Assembly: GCA_977862235.1 (NCBI GenBank)
Contig: OZ374557.1
Location: 1 to 64,000, forward strand
DNA length: 64,000 nucleotides
Direction of reading: 5' to 3'
Source of the DNA: Dudresnaya verticillata
Lineage: Eukaryota
The position numbers and the translations under genes were made by a program. The notes beneath the pieces are model-generated. The model saw only the letters and a list, made by a program, of their open reading frames with translations, was not told where the DNA came from and did no database searches. Each line of letters starts with the position of its first letter. The first letter of the stretch is position 1. Shown here piece by piece: positions 1 to 11,841 of this stretch.

Positions 1-1314
1 AAAACCCCTAAACCCCTAAACCCCTAAAACCCCTAAAACCCCTAAACCCCAAACCCCTAAAACCCCTAAAACCCCTAAACCCCTAAACCCCTAAACCCCT
101 AAAACCCCTAAACCCCTAAAACCCCTAAACCCCTAAAACCCCTAAACCCCTAAACCCCTAAACCCCTAAACCCCTAAACCCCTAAACCCCTAAACCCCTA
201 AACCCCTAAACCCCTAAACCCCTAAACCCCTAAACCCCTAAACCCCTAAACCCCTAAACCCCTAAACCCCTAAACCCCTAAACCCCTAAACCCCTAAACC
301 CCTAAACCCCTAAACCCCTAAACCCCTAAACCCCTAAACCCCTAAACCCCTAAACCCCTAAACCCCTAAACCCCTAAACCCCTAAACCCCTAAACCCCTA
401 AACCCCTAAACCCCTAAACCCCTAAACCCCTAAACCCCTAAACCCCTAAACCCCTAAACCCCTAAACCCCTAAACCCCTAAACCCCTAAACCCCTAAACC
501 CCTAAACCCCTAAACCCCTAAACCCCTAAACCCCTAAACCCCTAAACCCCTAAACCCCTAAACCCCTAAACCCCTAAACCCCTAAACCCCTAAACCCCTA
601 AACCCCTAAACCCCTAAACCCCTAAACCCCTAAACCCCTAAACCCCTAAACCCCTAAACCCCTAAACCCCTAAACCCCTAAACCCCTAAACCCCTAAACC
701 CCTAAACCCCTAAACCCCTAAACCCCTAAACCCCTAAACCCCTAAACCCCTAAACCCCTAAACCCCTAAACCCCTAAACCCCTAAACCCCTAAACCCCTA
801 AACCCCTAAACCCCTAAACCCCTAAACCCCTAAACCCCTAAAACCCCTAAACCCCTAAAACCCCTAAACCCCTAAACCCTAAACCCCTAAACCCCTAAAC
901 CCCTAAACCCCTAAACCCCTAAACCCCTAAACCCCTAAACCCCTAAACCCCTAAAACCCCTAAACCCCTAAACCCCTAAAACCCCTAAACCCCTAAACCC
1001 CTAAAACCCCTAAAACCCCTAAACCCCTAAAACCCCTAAACCCCTAAACCCCTAAACCCCTAAACCCCTAAACCCCTAAACCCCTAAACCCCTAAACCCC
1101 TAAAACCCCTAAACCCCTAAACCCCTAAAAACCCCTAAAACCCCTAAACCCCTAAACCCCTAAAACCCCTAAAACCCCTAAACCCCTAAACCCCTAAACC
1201 CCTAAACCCCTAAACCCCTAAAACCCCTAAACCCCTAAACCCCTAAACCCCTAAACCCCTAAACCCCTAAAAACCCCTAAACCCCTAAAACCCCTAAACC
1301 CCTAAACCCCTAAA
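1..1314 (-). repeat. Telomeric repeat array (CCCCTAAA)n, i.e. (TTTAGGGG)n on the G-strand
   Basis: Continuous 8-bp unit from base 1 with the C-rich strand 5', as expected at a left chromosome end. Homogeneous over ~140-840; A4/A5 variants at both extremes. Confidence 0.97.
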
Positions 1315-2613
1315 GCCGGTGACCGATTCGGGAAGTTTCCCGTTGTAGTACACTGGTTCGCCAGCACGGGTTCGAGGACCCTTACTTGATGCCGGCATTT
1401 TGCCTGCGTCACTGTGCGGAACTTCACTGCGCAGTCCCGTAGGGGCTCGGCTGTTTCTGGTCTTACCGGTAGTTGCACTTCCCGTGCTTGGTAGGTTTCC
1501 ATCGGATGACCTATTCCGCCGCGTTGGTTGGGTTGGGGCGGCGGGCTTCGGACGTTTCCCCGCAGCTTTTGCAATCGCTGGTGACTCTTCGCCCGGTGCC
1601 GGTCGCACCCCTTGACCTGATTGAGAGGATTTCGCAGCTGTAGCAGCAGCTGGGGCACTCGGCACGGCTTTCGGCGGCGCACTCGGGGCCGCTTTTGGCG
1701 GCGCATTCTGAGTCGCTTTTGGCGGAGCACTCGGGGCCGCTTTTGGCGGCGCATTCTGAGTCGCTTTTGGCGGAGCACTCGGGGCCGCTTTTGGCGGCGC
1801 ATTCTGAGCCGCTTTTGGCGGCGCACTCGGGGCCGCTTTTGCCGGCGCACTCGGGGCCGCTTTTGCCGGCCCGGGCGGAGCACTTGCGGTCCCTTTCGGC
1901 GGGGGTGAGGGGTGTACAGCTCCATCGGATTCGCAGACTTCTGACGAGCCCTTCTCCACAGAATCGCGGGTTGGTGGTTTTCGCGGTACTGGTTTGCGCG
2001 GTACAGGCGGACTTCTGCCTTCATCGCCTTTTGCCACGTTTCTTGGGAGTGCGGTGTTGGCACTACCCGCCTTTTGGGGAGGTTTCGATGTGGGATCACC
2101 ACCTCGTTTCTCGGCCCCTCCACCCGAGGACGCCTTCGTTCCCGGCTCCCCAGAATTTTTCTTGGGCTTCCCTGTCCTCTTACCCGCTACAGGAGGCGTC
2201 AGCGATGAATCATCCTGGCTGCAAGACTGCGGAGGGACCGTTGCAGTTGTCTCGCTCCGTAGTCGCGGGCCAATCGCCGATTCAGGTGCTTTCTTCAAAT
2301 TTGAAGAAGGCTTCCGTACAGACGGGGGGGAGTCACCTGCTATCCCCTCAGAAACCTCCTTCTGTGGTGGCGCCTTCGACCTTGCTTTAGAGCTGCCGTC
2401 AACAGTTCGGTCGCCTGCGGGAGGAGTAACAGTTGCGTCAGCTTCGCCTGCGGGAGGAGTAACAGTTGCGTCAGCTTCGCCTGTTGGAGGAGCAACAGTT
2501 GGGTCGGCTGCAGGAGGCACGGCGGTTACTCCTCGTGGCCGCCTACCACGGACAGCCGGCAGCTTCCCTCGAGTCTTCCCTCCAGCTCGTCCTCTCCTCG
2601 GACTGTTGGCCAT
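1294..2613 (-). CDS. Low-complexity Pro/Ala/Lys/Ser-rich hypothetical protein (439 aa), 3' end truncated by the telomere
   Basis: ATG at 2613 with a frame open for 1.3 kb. The last codons (F-R-G-L-G-V-stop) are telomere repeats. Internal repeats of 24/48 bp and 33 bp preserve the frame. Confidence 0.55.
   Translation of the reverse strand: MANSPRRGRAGGKTRGKLPAVRGRRPRGVTAVPPAADPTVAPPTGEADATVTPPAGEADATVTPPAGDRTVDGSSKARSKAPPQKEVSEGIAGDSPPSVRKPSSNLKKAPESAIGPRLRSETTATVPPQSCSQDDSSLTPPVAGKRTGKPKKNSGEPGTKASSGGGAEKRGGDPTSKPPQKAGSANTALPRNVAKGDEGRSPPVPRKPVPRKPPTRDSVEKGSSEVCESDGAVHPSPPPKGTASAPPGPAKAAPSAPAKAAPSAPPKAAQNAPPKAAPSAPPKATQNAPPKAAPSAPPKATQNAPPKAAPSAPPKAVPSAPAAATAAKSSQSGQGVRPAPGEESPAIAKAAGKRPKPAAPTQPTRRNRSSDGNLPSTGSATTGKTRNSRAPTGLRSEVPHSDAGKMPASSKGPRTRAGEPVYYNGKLPESVTGFRGLGV
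1667..1871. repeat. 24-bp (48-bp higher-order) coding minisatellite
   Basis: GCTTTTGGCGGCGCACTCGGGGCC / GCTTTTGGCGGCGCATTCTGAGTC units encoding APPKAAPS / APPKATQN on the minus strand. Confidence 0.9.
2401..2500. repeat. 33-bp coding tandem repeat
   Basis: AACAGTTGCGTCAGCTTCGCCTGCGGGAGGAGT units encoding GEADATVTPPA. Confidence 0.85.
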
Positions 2614-2630
2614 CCTTGTCGAGACTGGAG

Positions 2631-2823
2631 CCGGACAGCACCGTAAGATTACGACGCTATCCGGTTCTTGACGCGCGCGGCGGTGAGCCGTTAGCAGGAT
2701 GGCGCCGTAGGATTACGGTGCTATCCGGTTCTTGACGCGCGCGGCGGTGAGCCGTTCGCGGATACGGTTGCGGCGGTTAGGGCCTCGCGTCGGAGAGCAC
2801 CGTAATATTACGGTGCTATCCGG
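2631..2823. repeat. Cluster A: three 34-bp palindromes (2631-2664, 2695-2728, 2790-2823)
   Basis: Example: TCGGAGAGCACCGTAATATTACGGTGCTATCCGG. Central 4 bp are AGAT, GGAT and ATAT. The cluster begins 18 bp upstream of the ATG at 2613. Confidence 0.9.
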
Positions 2824-3480
2824 TTCTGAATCCGGATCGGATCCGGATCGGATCCGGATTCTCTGCGGCGAACGGTAGGATCGAGGGTGTGGCTTTCGCG
2901 GTGTTCGCACGCGGTTCGGGTAAGTAGTCGCGTCGCGGCGGCGCTGTCGGCAACGATAACTCTCGCGCCCGCACGCAACAGTGATGCGCTTGCGCCGTAG
3001 TGATGCGCTTTCGCCTCGGAGTGTGCGCGGGCGGACTGCGCGGGCGTTTTGCGCGCGGCGGAAGCAAGGTGGGGTGTAGCGTGCAAAGGTTGTGGCGGTG
3101 CGCGAGATGGGCGGGAAGGGCGTGCAGAGCAGTCTTTCGTGTTGCAGGGAGCCGGCGTTCGCGGTGTCGGATCGGGGAGGAGGGAGCGCGGCACTGCGAG
3201 AGTGTGCGAGTTGAGATGAGCGCGGGGCGTTGGGGTGGGCGAAGTCGCGGTGCAGTGGTTGAGAAAAGAGTCGGGGGGGCGGACAGTGCACGCTCGGCGC
3301 TCTTATGTTCCGCCCCAAACCGGCGTCGAGTGTCGTCGGTGATCTGGATTTTCAAAAGATCGCCTTTGCAGGACACGTGGGCTCCCCTCCGTGGCTGCTT
3401 TTTACTTTTTTGTATTTATGCGCCGCACTCCTTGCCGCCCTTGGCTACTTTTGGTCACCGGTTTCCGTTCCGTTACTCCC

Positions 3481-3675
3481 ACACATACCCGCACACACAC
3501 ACACCGCAACGCCCGCTTCCCCCGCAACACCCGCTTCCCCCGCAACACCCGCTTCCCCCGCAAAACAAACACACGCCACAACGCCCGCTTCCCCCGCAAC
3601 ACCCACACACACCCGCACAAAAACACACCACAACGCCCGCTTCCGCAGCAACACCCACACACACCCGCACGCACG
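3481..3675. repeat. CA-rich 18-bp tandem repeat
   Basis: CCGCAACACCCGCTTCCC units interspersed with (CA)n. Confidence 0.85.
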
Positions 3676-3681
3676 CTACCG

Positions 3682-4511
3682 CTGTGAATCTCCCGCGCGA
3701 GCTCATCTGCCACTGCGTCTGGGCACCCGCAATTCGTACAGAAGCGCTCACCGACGCAGAAGAAATAGCATCCCTTCAATCAGCACTGCTCAATCTCCCA
3801 TCATATGCTGTCCTGGTCTTTACAAGCAGGACCGGGATGGAGCAGGTTGGTCATCATGTACTTGAGCTGGCGAACCACGACTCGGAACTCTCTGCTCTCT
3901 TGTTGAAAGGCTCTGGTGTGCGCATAGCAGCGCTGGGTAGGGATGCAACTGCTGCCATTGACTGCCTTGGCGTCTCAGCCAACCTGGTCCCACTGACAGC
4001 TTCACCAAACGGACTGGTGCAATTTCCTGCGGCGGACGAGTCGTTGCGTGGTACATCAGTGCTATGCCCTGTACCGACAGTGAAAGGGATACCAGAGCCA
4101 CCGGTTGTACCTGAGCTTCTGAGCGCTCTGAATCAAAGTGGCTTTGACGTAACGACATTGCCGGCCTATGGAACCCGAGCAGTGAAACGCCAGGTGCTTC
4201 GCAGAGAATTGACAATGCTAGAAACTGGGGGGATTGACGCAGTCGCATTTTCCAGTGCCGGCGAAGCATACGCGCTTGCTACTGCTTTGACTGAACAGGA
4301 AAGGGCGAATTTCGTGGAGAGCGTTCGTGCAGGGGAGATAATACTGGCAGCGCATGGCCCGGTTACAGCACAAGGTGTCCGGGACGCTCTCGGTGACGTT
4401 GAAGTTAGCGTGAGCGCAGACGTTTCAAGCTTTGACGGACTGGTTAAAGTTTTAGTGCAGGCTTTCATGGAACGGGAACGCCAAAGCGGCCGTTTGGTCA
4501 TGCCAAGATAA
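3682..4511 (+). pseudogene. hemD: Uroporphyrinogen-III synthase (HemD/UROS)-like, apparently 5'-truncated
   Basis: Motifs VFTSRTG, IAALGRD, LVP..ASPNGLV, VLCPVPTVKGIPEPPVVP, AYGT, IDAVAFSSAGE, AAHGPVTA and SSFDGLV match cyanobacterial/plant-type HemD. The normal N-terminus is replaced by the CA-rich repeat. Confidence 0.8.
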
Positions 4512-6989
4512 AAGCCGATGACTGGGATGAGATCGAGGCTGAGTGACAAGATTGGGTCTATGCCAGTCAGAATTTATTGACATTTGCGTTAATGGCACGT
4601 TCGACGAGCCCACCGCGTCTTTGCAAATGGATGCCTTCAGGTGCCCTTCTATGGCAAAGGACTTGTAGCCAAATAGTGAAGGATGTAATGCGTGTGTATT
4701 AGGGCATCTGTCAGTTGCACCTTCAGATGCTTTTTGAATCCTCACAGGTCGTTTCCAGAGCGCGCACACTGACTCTACGTGTACTGTATGAATGCGACTG
4801 GCACTCAGAAGGCGAATCAAGCAGTAGGAAATTCAGAAAGCCGTTATTGAAGGGCATGAGAGAAAAGGGAACACTGCTTTCCAACTCGCACACAACTTTC
4901 CAGGGATCCGCACCGGCACCATCAACAGACCACCACAGCATTTCGGACAATTTCCATCCCCGTTGCACCGCATACCCACCAGAGAGGCTCCCGCCCATGC
5001 TCACCCAAGCGAACACATTGTCGCCCACGCCGACATCTGGCGGATTGGTGCCCAAGCTCGTGGCGGTGTGGGCTGCGTCGGACGGCACGTTCTCAGAAGC
5101 GGTAGATAGATTTCAGGTAGATATATCTACCCATCCATTCTACGGAGCTACTGTGTCTAAATCTGCTTCCGTAGAGAGCGTTTGCTTCATGTTGTGATGT
5201 GCAGCCAGGCCTTCAGAGGTGGTTTAGGGTATGTGGTTTCGGTAGAACTGCTGTTCTCATCTTGAATTTCTTTCCGTGTTGAGAATCGTCAGAGATTTGT
5301 GTGGCACGAAAGGCACCATTATCAATTCCAAAACCCCTATCTGCATCAAGGTTCGTCCTCGATAGAGACGGCTGGTCAACGGGGGAGATTGGCAAAAGGG
5401 CTGGTATCCAAGCTATATAGCACCTATCACAACTGCACCACAAAACGATTTGCGACTTGTTCTGAGTCCAGCTTCGGATAAGCGCTAGGTATGAGATGCC
5501 TTCGCTTTGGACCTGCATATTGGCACCAAAAAGGGTTCAGAACCTCGGGATTGTCAAAGCAGAGAACACTTCATTGAGTGCTTTGATTTTGACGCGGAGC
5601 ATTCACGGCAGAGCATTGCTGCAACTGCTGAAACACGGACTATGTATGACCGTAATTGCCTCTAGCATAGACGCAACTCTCTCCCTGCGCACTTCCATTC
5701 CACCCCTATTCACAAACAGAGTATCTGCCACATAAGGTAGAGATCTAAAACTCTCTTCCCATTTCCAGCGCGGCCTCCAATGCTACTTCCCGATCTCCTC
5801 CCATCGCCTTCGCCAATCCCCTTAGACAATCGGCCCTTGCCACAGTTTGATCCAGCGTTTGGGAATCTGACATGCTAAGATCATCATCTTCACCACCACC
5901 AGCTTCTGCGATAAACTCTTGGGAGTTCGGTAAAGAGTAACCCGTGCTGCCACATGACATATTGGAATGTCTTCAGGTACAATGCACTGGCTTATTTCAG
6001 GTTTCTCCTAACCGGCGCAACGCTCGACCAGTTTAGAAAGTACTAGTAGTCGGTTGCACATCATCTTCATATATTCCTACGGCACTTCGCAGCTCTTAGC
6101 GGCTGCTGCCGGGTCAACCTATCCGACGTCGAGGTAAAAAGCGCGCTGACGTTCGAGGAGGTGCATTTGACCCCACTCGCGAGGGACCGGACCAGCTATG
6201 CTTTTCATAAGCATGAAGGGGCGTTTAACCCGTTCTCAGGACTTGACACAACGACCAAGACCTCGAACATCATCGTCGGGAACAAGACTGCACTTTCTCG
6301 CGGGAAGGTGGATGTTAAGTACTACAACGTCAGGGAGAGCGCCGAGGTGTACTACCTGGTCCCGAGCCCCCATGCTGTGTATCGAATCGTCACCGCTGGT
6401 GACGCCAAGATTGTTCGATGAGGGTTGTAGATAGTTCGGAACAGCATGTTCCCACGCATCCTAAGCTGCTTGCATGAAGCAGCCAGAACTAAGTCGTTCT
6501 CGAGTTGGCTTTCTGCCGCTTCCTCATCCACTAAGCCACCACGTCTGCTCTGCAATCTCCATCTCCACCATGTAGTCCGCTTAGATTAGTACTCCGTGAT
6601 AGCGTCAGTGCATTGTTATCGATATAGCCTCGCCTCCGACATCGTTTATCCTCATGCATATACAAGTAGCGTTCTCGTCGCTCTCACGCACTCAACACTG
6701 CGCATACGATGCGAAAGTAGTGTTCGACGACAGTGCTGTGTAATAGAGTGCCATTTACAACTCTTTCCCGTGTGACAACCATATCTTAATGTCTCGATAT
6801 CTCGTGTTGGACTTCTGTTCCCAGAACAGACGTACGCTCTTTTCTTACTACAGTCCGCCGCACGTCTTGCAGCTGCTGCAGAGCTGCTTCTTCTTCCACA
6901 AGTTTCGCGCTTCGTTTGTTCGCTCGGCGCCCTTCACCATCTTATTTGCCGGTCTGCTCAGCCCTTGCTGACCGTGAGAGGGTAGTCGA

Positions 6990-7582
6990 CTGAAACAGGA
7001 AAGCGTCCGATGTGGAACTGGCTCTTTCCTGAAGCTGTATCAGGTGCTCCTTCTCACGACGCCCAAGAGCTATACCGCCACGTTCAAACTCGTGCTTGAG
7101 AAATCTCGCCATAACCACGTCCTCATCAGATAAGAATCTCGCACGATCGGCGGCGTTGCGCAGATTGCGTAGGTGATCGTCATACAGTCGATCTAGGGGA
7201 TCATATAGGGTGTAGTCCGCGATGAGCTCCTGCAGAACTGAAGAGACTTGCAGAAATGAGTCATCTGCTTGCTGGACAGACTCCAGGTTCGGGTGGACAT
7301 TGCGACACAGCTCTGCGGCATCCAAGACCGAACAGAGGCGGTCTGACAGGTCGTTGAAGAGCGCAACTGCGGATGAGCACGGATTCGATCCGCAAGCTGC
7401 AAGCAATCTGATACGCATGCAGAAGCTATCGGTCGCCAGTGCGATGCAGAGTGGAGCCCGGGCATGCCAACCTGTCCAGGACAATCCGGGCCTCGCTTCC
7501 CGACGATCCTTGGGAAGAAGTCAAATGACCGCGGCCTCCCAAGTGCAATCCTAGACAGAGTCTGGGCCTTCCTTCTAAGCAT
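6990..7582 (-). pseudogene. Mitochondrial intermediate peptidase (peptidase M3, MIP/Oct1) N-terminal fragment
   Basis: FNDLSDRLCSVLDAAELCRNVHP...LY..L...EFERGGIAL resembles the MIP N-terminus. Frameshifted near the start; no HEXXH catalytic region follows. Confidence 0.75.
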
Positions 7583-7733
7583 GGTGAGGATATCGACTGC
7601 AGGATACTGGTAAACCCATATCCGATCGCGTTGTTCGGCCAGAGGAGGCCCAGCTCGGAACTAACACTCCGTTTGGGCCTGCTGCGGAGTCGCTGCCAGT
7701 GTGGCAGCGCCTTCCCAGGAATATTGCCAAAAT

Positions 7734-8048
7734 ATACCAGCTCTTGTAGAAACGACGCTTGACCTCCTCAGAGATATGCTCGGCTCAAACGGTCGTCAGC
7801 GAACGCAGGTCGTATGGGATTTCAGTGAGGCCCACAACGCCGATGGCCACGACTGGTGGAGTTTCAATGACAGTCACAGCCTCGACAACCTCCTTCTTGT
7901 GCAGCTTGGAACCCGGCTTGTTAACATCGCGGACGATATGGGTCGTACCGGCCTTGTAGACCATGAAGGCGGTGATGTGGCACGGATTCTTGGGGTCATC
8001 CCTTGGAAAAGACTTGACCTTGCCGCGATGGCGAGCCGCGTGCTTCTG
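7734..8048 (-). pseudogene. RPL3: 60S ribosomal protein L3 fragment (not in the ORF track)
   Basis: Manual translation gives [64 protein letters not shown]...LRSLTTV*AEHISEEVKRRFYKSWY. The conserved Trp is TGA (7785-7787). Both ends are missing. Confidence 0.93.
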
Positions 8049-11000
8049 CGCTCGACGCCCCCGAGCTAGCGTTCTGCGTAATCAGCCTTCATTCGTTCAA
8101 TTGTCTCTGTGGGTTGCATTAGCACGGCTACCATTGCCATCTCCGGCGCGAAGATGGACGACACACGAACCAAATCCCGTTCGGTCAATTTCTGGCCAGC
8201 GTCGCTGGTCGGGCGCAGCACAACATCCAAGTAAAACAGCAGCGCAGCCGACTTGCTCTCGTTGGTCGACAGCGCCAGTTCCGGGTCGACCACGTCACAT
8301 TCCACACACGGAGACAAGCTTTTGGATACACAACTGGCGCGCTCTTTCGACACATTCAGGACATCACGCTACTGCACAGCCAAAACGGTCTGCATTGGCA
8401 TGTGGCAGGATCTTCTGATGCTCCCAGCGCGTGATCAACATAGCGGCGTGCGTAGTCAAAGATGCCGTCCAGATGCACAGCATCTGTGACGCAGAAGACA
8501 GGGCGTTGAGCTTAGTGCTAACCGCAACACCAGTTGTTTCATTGTCGATGTTATGAAGCAACCTATTGCGAAACGGGGGGGCGGGCTTGTCCGACCTGAG
8601 CAGGTGCTCAAGTCCAAAGTATGAAGTTCGCACCGGTCAGTAATTAACGCTCAGTATGAAACTGGGCATAGTCCCACACCCACCCAAATGCTAGCCATGG
8701 CCTTGGCTACCATTTCACATGCATGCTCGGAAAAAAGCACAGTATTGGTGCCTATCGGCTTGATTTTCCACTCTACTCGGTTCTTTGCGCCGTCTCCACC
8801 GTAAAGTCTTGACCCAAGTCAGTAATGCTGTCCGTTAGAGGTGCCAGGGATTCTTCGGTCTCTCACCGGTATCTGATTTGGTGTGAACTTGAGCATAGCG
8901 TCAACGTCGCGTGGTGGTCGGAGAGGCCCTGACAAGCCTAAATATGTAGTAGTTGAGCAGATTCCATAGAATGGTGAGCGACGGGTTCACACATGCCATG
9001 ATGGCATAATATCACAAACCATTACACTTTGCTTTTTGGCAAGACTCGTCAGGTCTATTCCAATCCACAGCTCTCTCTGAGGTGGCGAGAGCGGTGGAGA
9101 GGAAAGCTGGAACCGGGGCTCAAATTCCGCTCGGAGACTTTCCCAGCGAAGTGAAGTTATTGAAATGATGTCAAGCTGCTATGGGACCCTTGTCGCTAAA
9201 CGTCGTGTGCGTAATGGAACGAAACTGCAGTGCTTGCCCTTTCCTGCCAGCTACGTTTTTGCAGTCTCCGATGCCGAGACTCTCTATATTGGGAGTATCT
9301 GCAGCTGAGGTAGCAAGTGCGGACTCTAATGTGTTGTTAAGACAGTCAAGTTCAATCGACTTCGTCCATATCGCGTGCTCTTATGCGTTTTTGATCTCCT
9401 CATCGTGCGAAGCTTTGGTAATAACTTCGATTGAGAACGCACCGAGTGCGATACCGTCATTGCTTTGCCGACCGTCTTAACAACATGGCACTTTCATAGG
9501 AAATGTATGAAGTTCGCGCCGGTAATGAAGTTACACTCAAATCGCAATATAGTACCACACCCACACACACCCAACGGGCAGTCGCCGCTTCGACTACCCA
9601 ATTACAGGCAGAGTGCAACAATAGCGCAATACTGCTGTCTAGTTGCTTCATTTTTGTTCTACTCGATTGTTTGTGCCGTCTGGACCGATACGTCTTTGCC
9701 CACACCAGTTAGATTGTCCACTTGAGCTCCCACTGCTATCCCGGTCTTTCAATGGCGTTTTACCTCGTGCGAGCATGCCGACGCCGTCCCTTGCATCGAG
9801 GGACGCTTCGAATATAGTGTGGAATGATGGTGCGCTTTCGGGGTCTGCCAAGTGCGTTTCGATAATTCCAGAGTGCTGCGGGCTGTTGCAACGATGCGTT
9901 TTGCTACCACATATTCAGGACAGTACCTCTTCGGAAACCAAGTTTTCGCGCCTTCATGGCTTTCGTCCCAGGTGGTGCAAAACGTGAATGGTAGCCGTGC
10001 GTCAGAATTTTCTGACATGTGACGCTGGGTACAGCACCCAATATGTTCGTATTCAATGTCCAGCTCCTCTGGGTCTTTTGATGCAACAAAACCATAGCCT
10101 CGTGATCTTGGAGGAGTGACACGAGAGGGTATCCTTCTCAAGGCAACTCTGCAAGGAGATGCCGAAACTGACAAAAGTAGCACATAGGACTCTTTCTTGT
10201 TGATTCAGGCCGCGACAATACAGTCGTCACTACAACTTTCACAAGCTCATCTCCGCGCTTGCCCGTCGCTGACAGCAGGAGATGTGCTTTAAGCCATCGT
10301 TTGCGAGTCTCACTACATTACCACTCAGCGTATTGCCAAGAGGCTTGATATTGGTCTGATGCTCTGCCGGCTTCTCCGTTTCCCAGACCAACAAGTCTTT
10401 ATCTTCTGAAACCGCCTTTTCCTTGTCCACCCGACTGCGTATTCGAAACGTCAAGCCACTAACCACGATATCCAAAAACGAAATTGTAGCCTTGGAGGTG
10501 ATCCCCTTTTCAGCAAGCGCAGACTTGAGATCTATATAGAATTCTGCCTCTGCGTGGATATGGCAACTGGGTCGTCAGGCCATGCGCCGATGCTAGTATA
10601 TCCAATGGTTGCGTGAAACGGCTGCTTCCGTCAGGTCGAATAGGGTCTGCACCACACCATGCACCGCACCGTAAATGAGCCGACGTTGAGTAAACCCCAC
10701 GGATGCGTAGCGGAAGCCCCTCTGCTGATAGCAAAAGTTTTACGAGCTCGGCAATACGGCAATTCCTCTGTTCGAAGCAGGGTCATGTCCCCGGATGCCA
10801 GCGGCTGTATCGACGTTTCCAAGAATGACGCTCACGGGGCTAGGCACACCGAAGTACTTTCCAGAGGTGAAGCGGCACATTTGATTCAGCGTATAAAGCG
10901 CACCCTCACACGCAACAGAACGTGCAGTTCGCCAGTCTTTAAAGCGATGAAATCAATTCCTTGTGCCGACCCGCGTTGCACCCGATGCGCTGCCTCTTCG

Positions 11001-11841
11001 ATCGCGGCTCAGGAACGGTTTTTTGTGCGATCATGGCGCAGCACGCTACGTCTTTTCTTTTCCCCTCTCTTGCCGTTCTTTCAACATCACCTTCAGGGAT
11101 TAGCGGGCCAAACGACGGTCAGTGGGGTGATCCTGTCGGTGTAACCTTCGGTGAAGCGCTCAAATACTCGGAAGGGCGAGAAGAGACCGCGCTTTGCGGC
11201 ATACATCTGCGGCAGCGGAATGTTTGACGATACGGGGCGCATCAAGTGATGCCGGACGGGGTTCGGATACGGTGGTGGGGTGGTGAGGTGACAGTCGAGA
11301 GCACGGGCCAGCACAGTCAATCTCAAACTTTCAGGCAATTTCCCATCAAAATCTAGACTCACGTACACCCTAAATCCGTCGACGCAGTGCTCTCCGTCCA
11401 CGCATGGCGCTTCCAACCCTAGTTGATCATGGGACGCGCAACTGACAGCAGCAACCGCCGTACTTCTCGTCCAACTCCTCAGCCCCCGGCCCCTCGCACA
11501 CTCCCCATCGAACGAGCACGACTCCAACTTGAAGGTGGGTTTATGCTAGCTCGACTGCACACCTGCGTGCACAAGAAGCCACCCGACGTTAGCCGCCTCT
11601 ACCGTCGCCACCAAAAACCCTCATCCGTCGCGACAAGTTATGCCATTGCGATGCCCACACGGCGACCTTCTCCGCGCCAAAACTTCAACCCGAAACACCT
11701 CAAACACGTACTCGCCAAGATGCCACACGTGTACAGAGTGTACAGTTGGTACACTGTGCACAGAGTGTAGGGCGTGTACCCGTGGACACGTGTTGCAAGA
11801 AGCGCGTGCATTGCGATGCCTTCCCGCTCAATGAATTAATG

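Noticed and set aside
1315..1325. Telomere added at a palindrome arm (CCGGT)
   Set aside because: Only a 5-bp match, which is not significant.
1302..2671. Overlapping alternative-frame ORFs
   Set aside because: Shadows of GC-rich, in-frame tandem repeats.
8364..8633. RluA-type pseudouridine synthase (HNIDNETTGV resembles HRLDxxTSG)
   Set aside because: A single weak motif with no supporting flanks.
11080..11330. VOMI/lectin-like fragment (GQWGD...EETALCGIHL)
   Set aside because: Too short and degenerate to call without a search.
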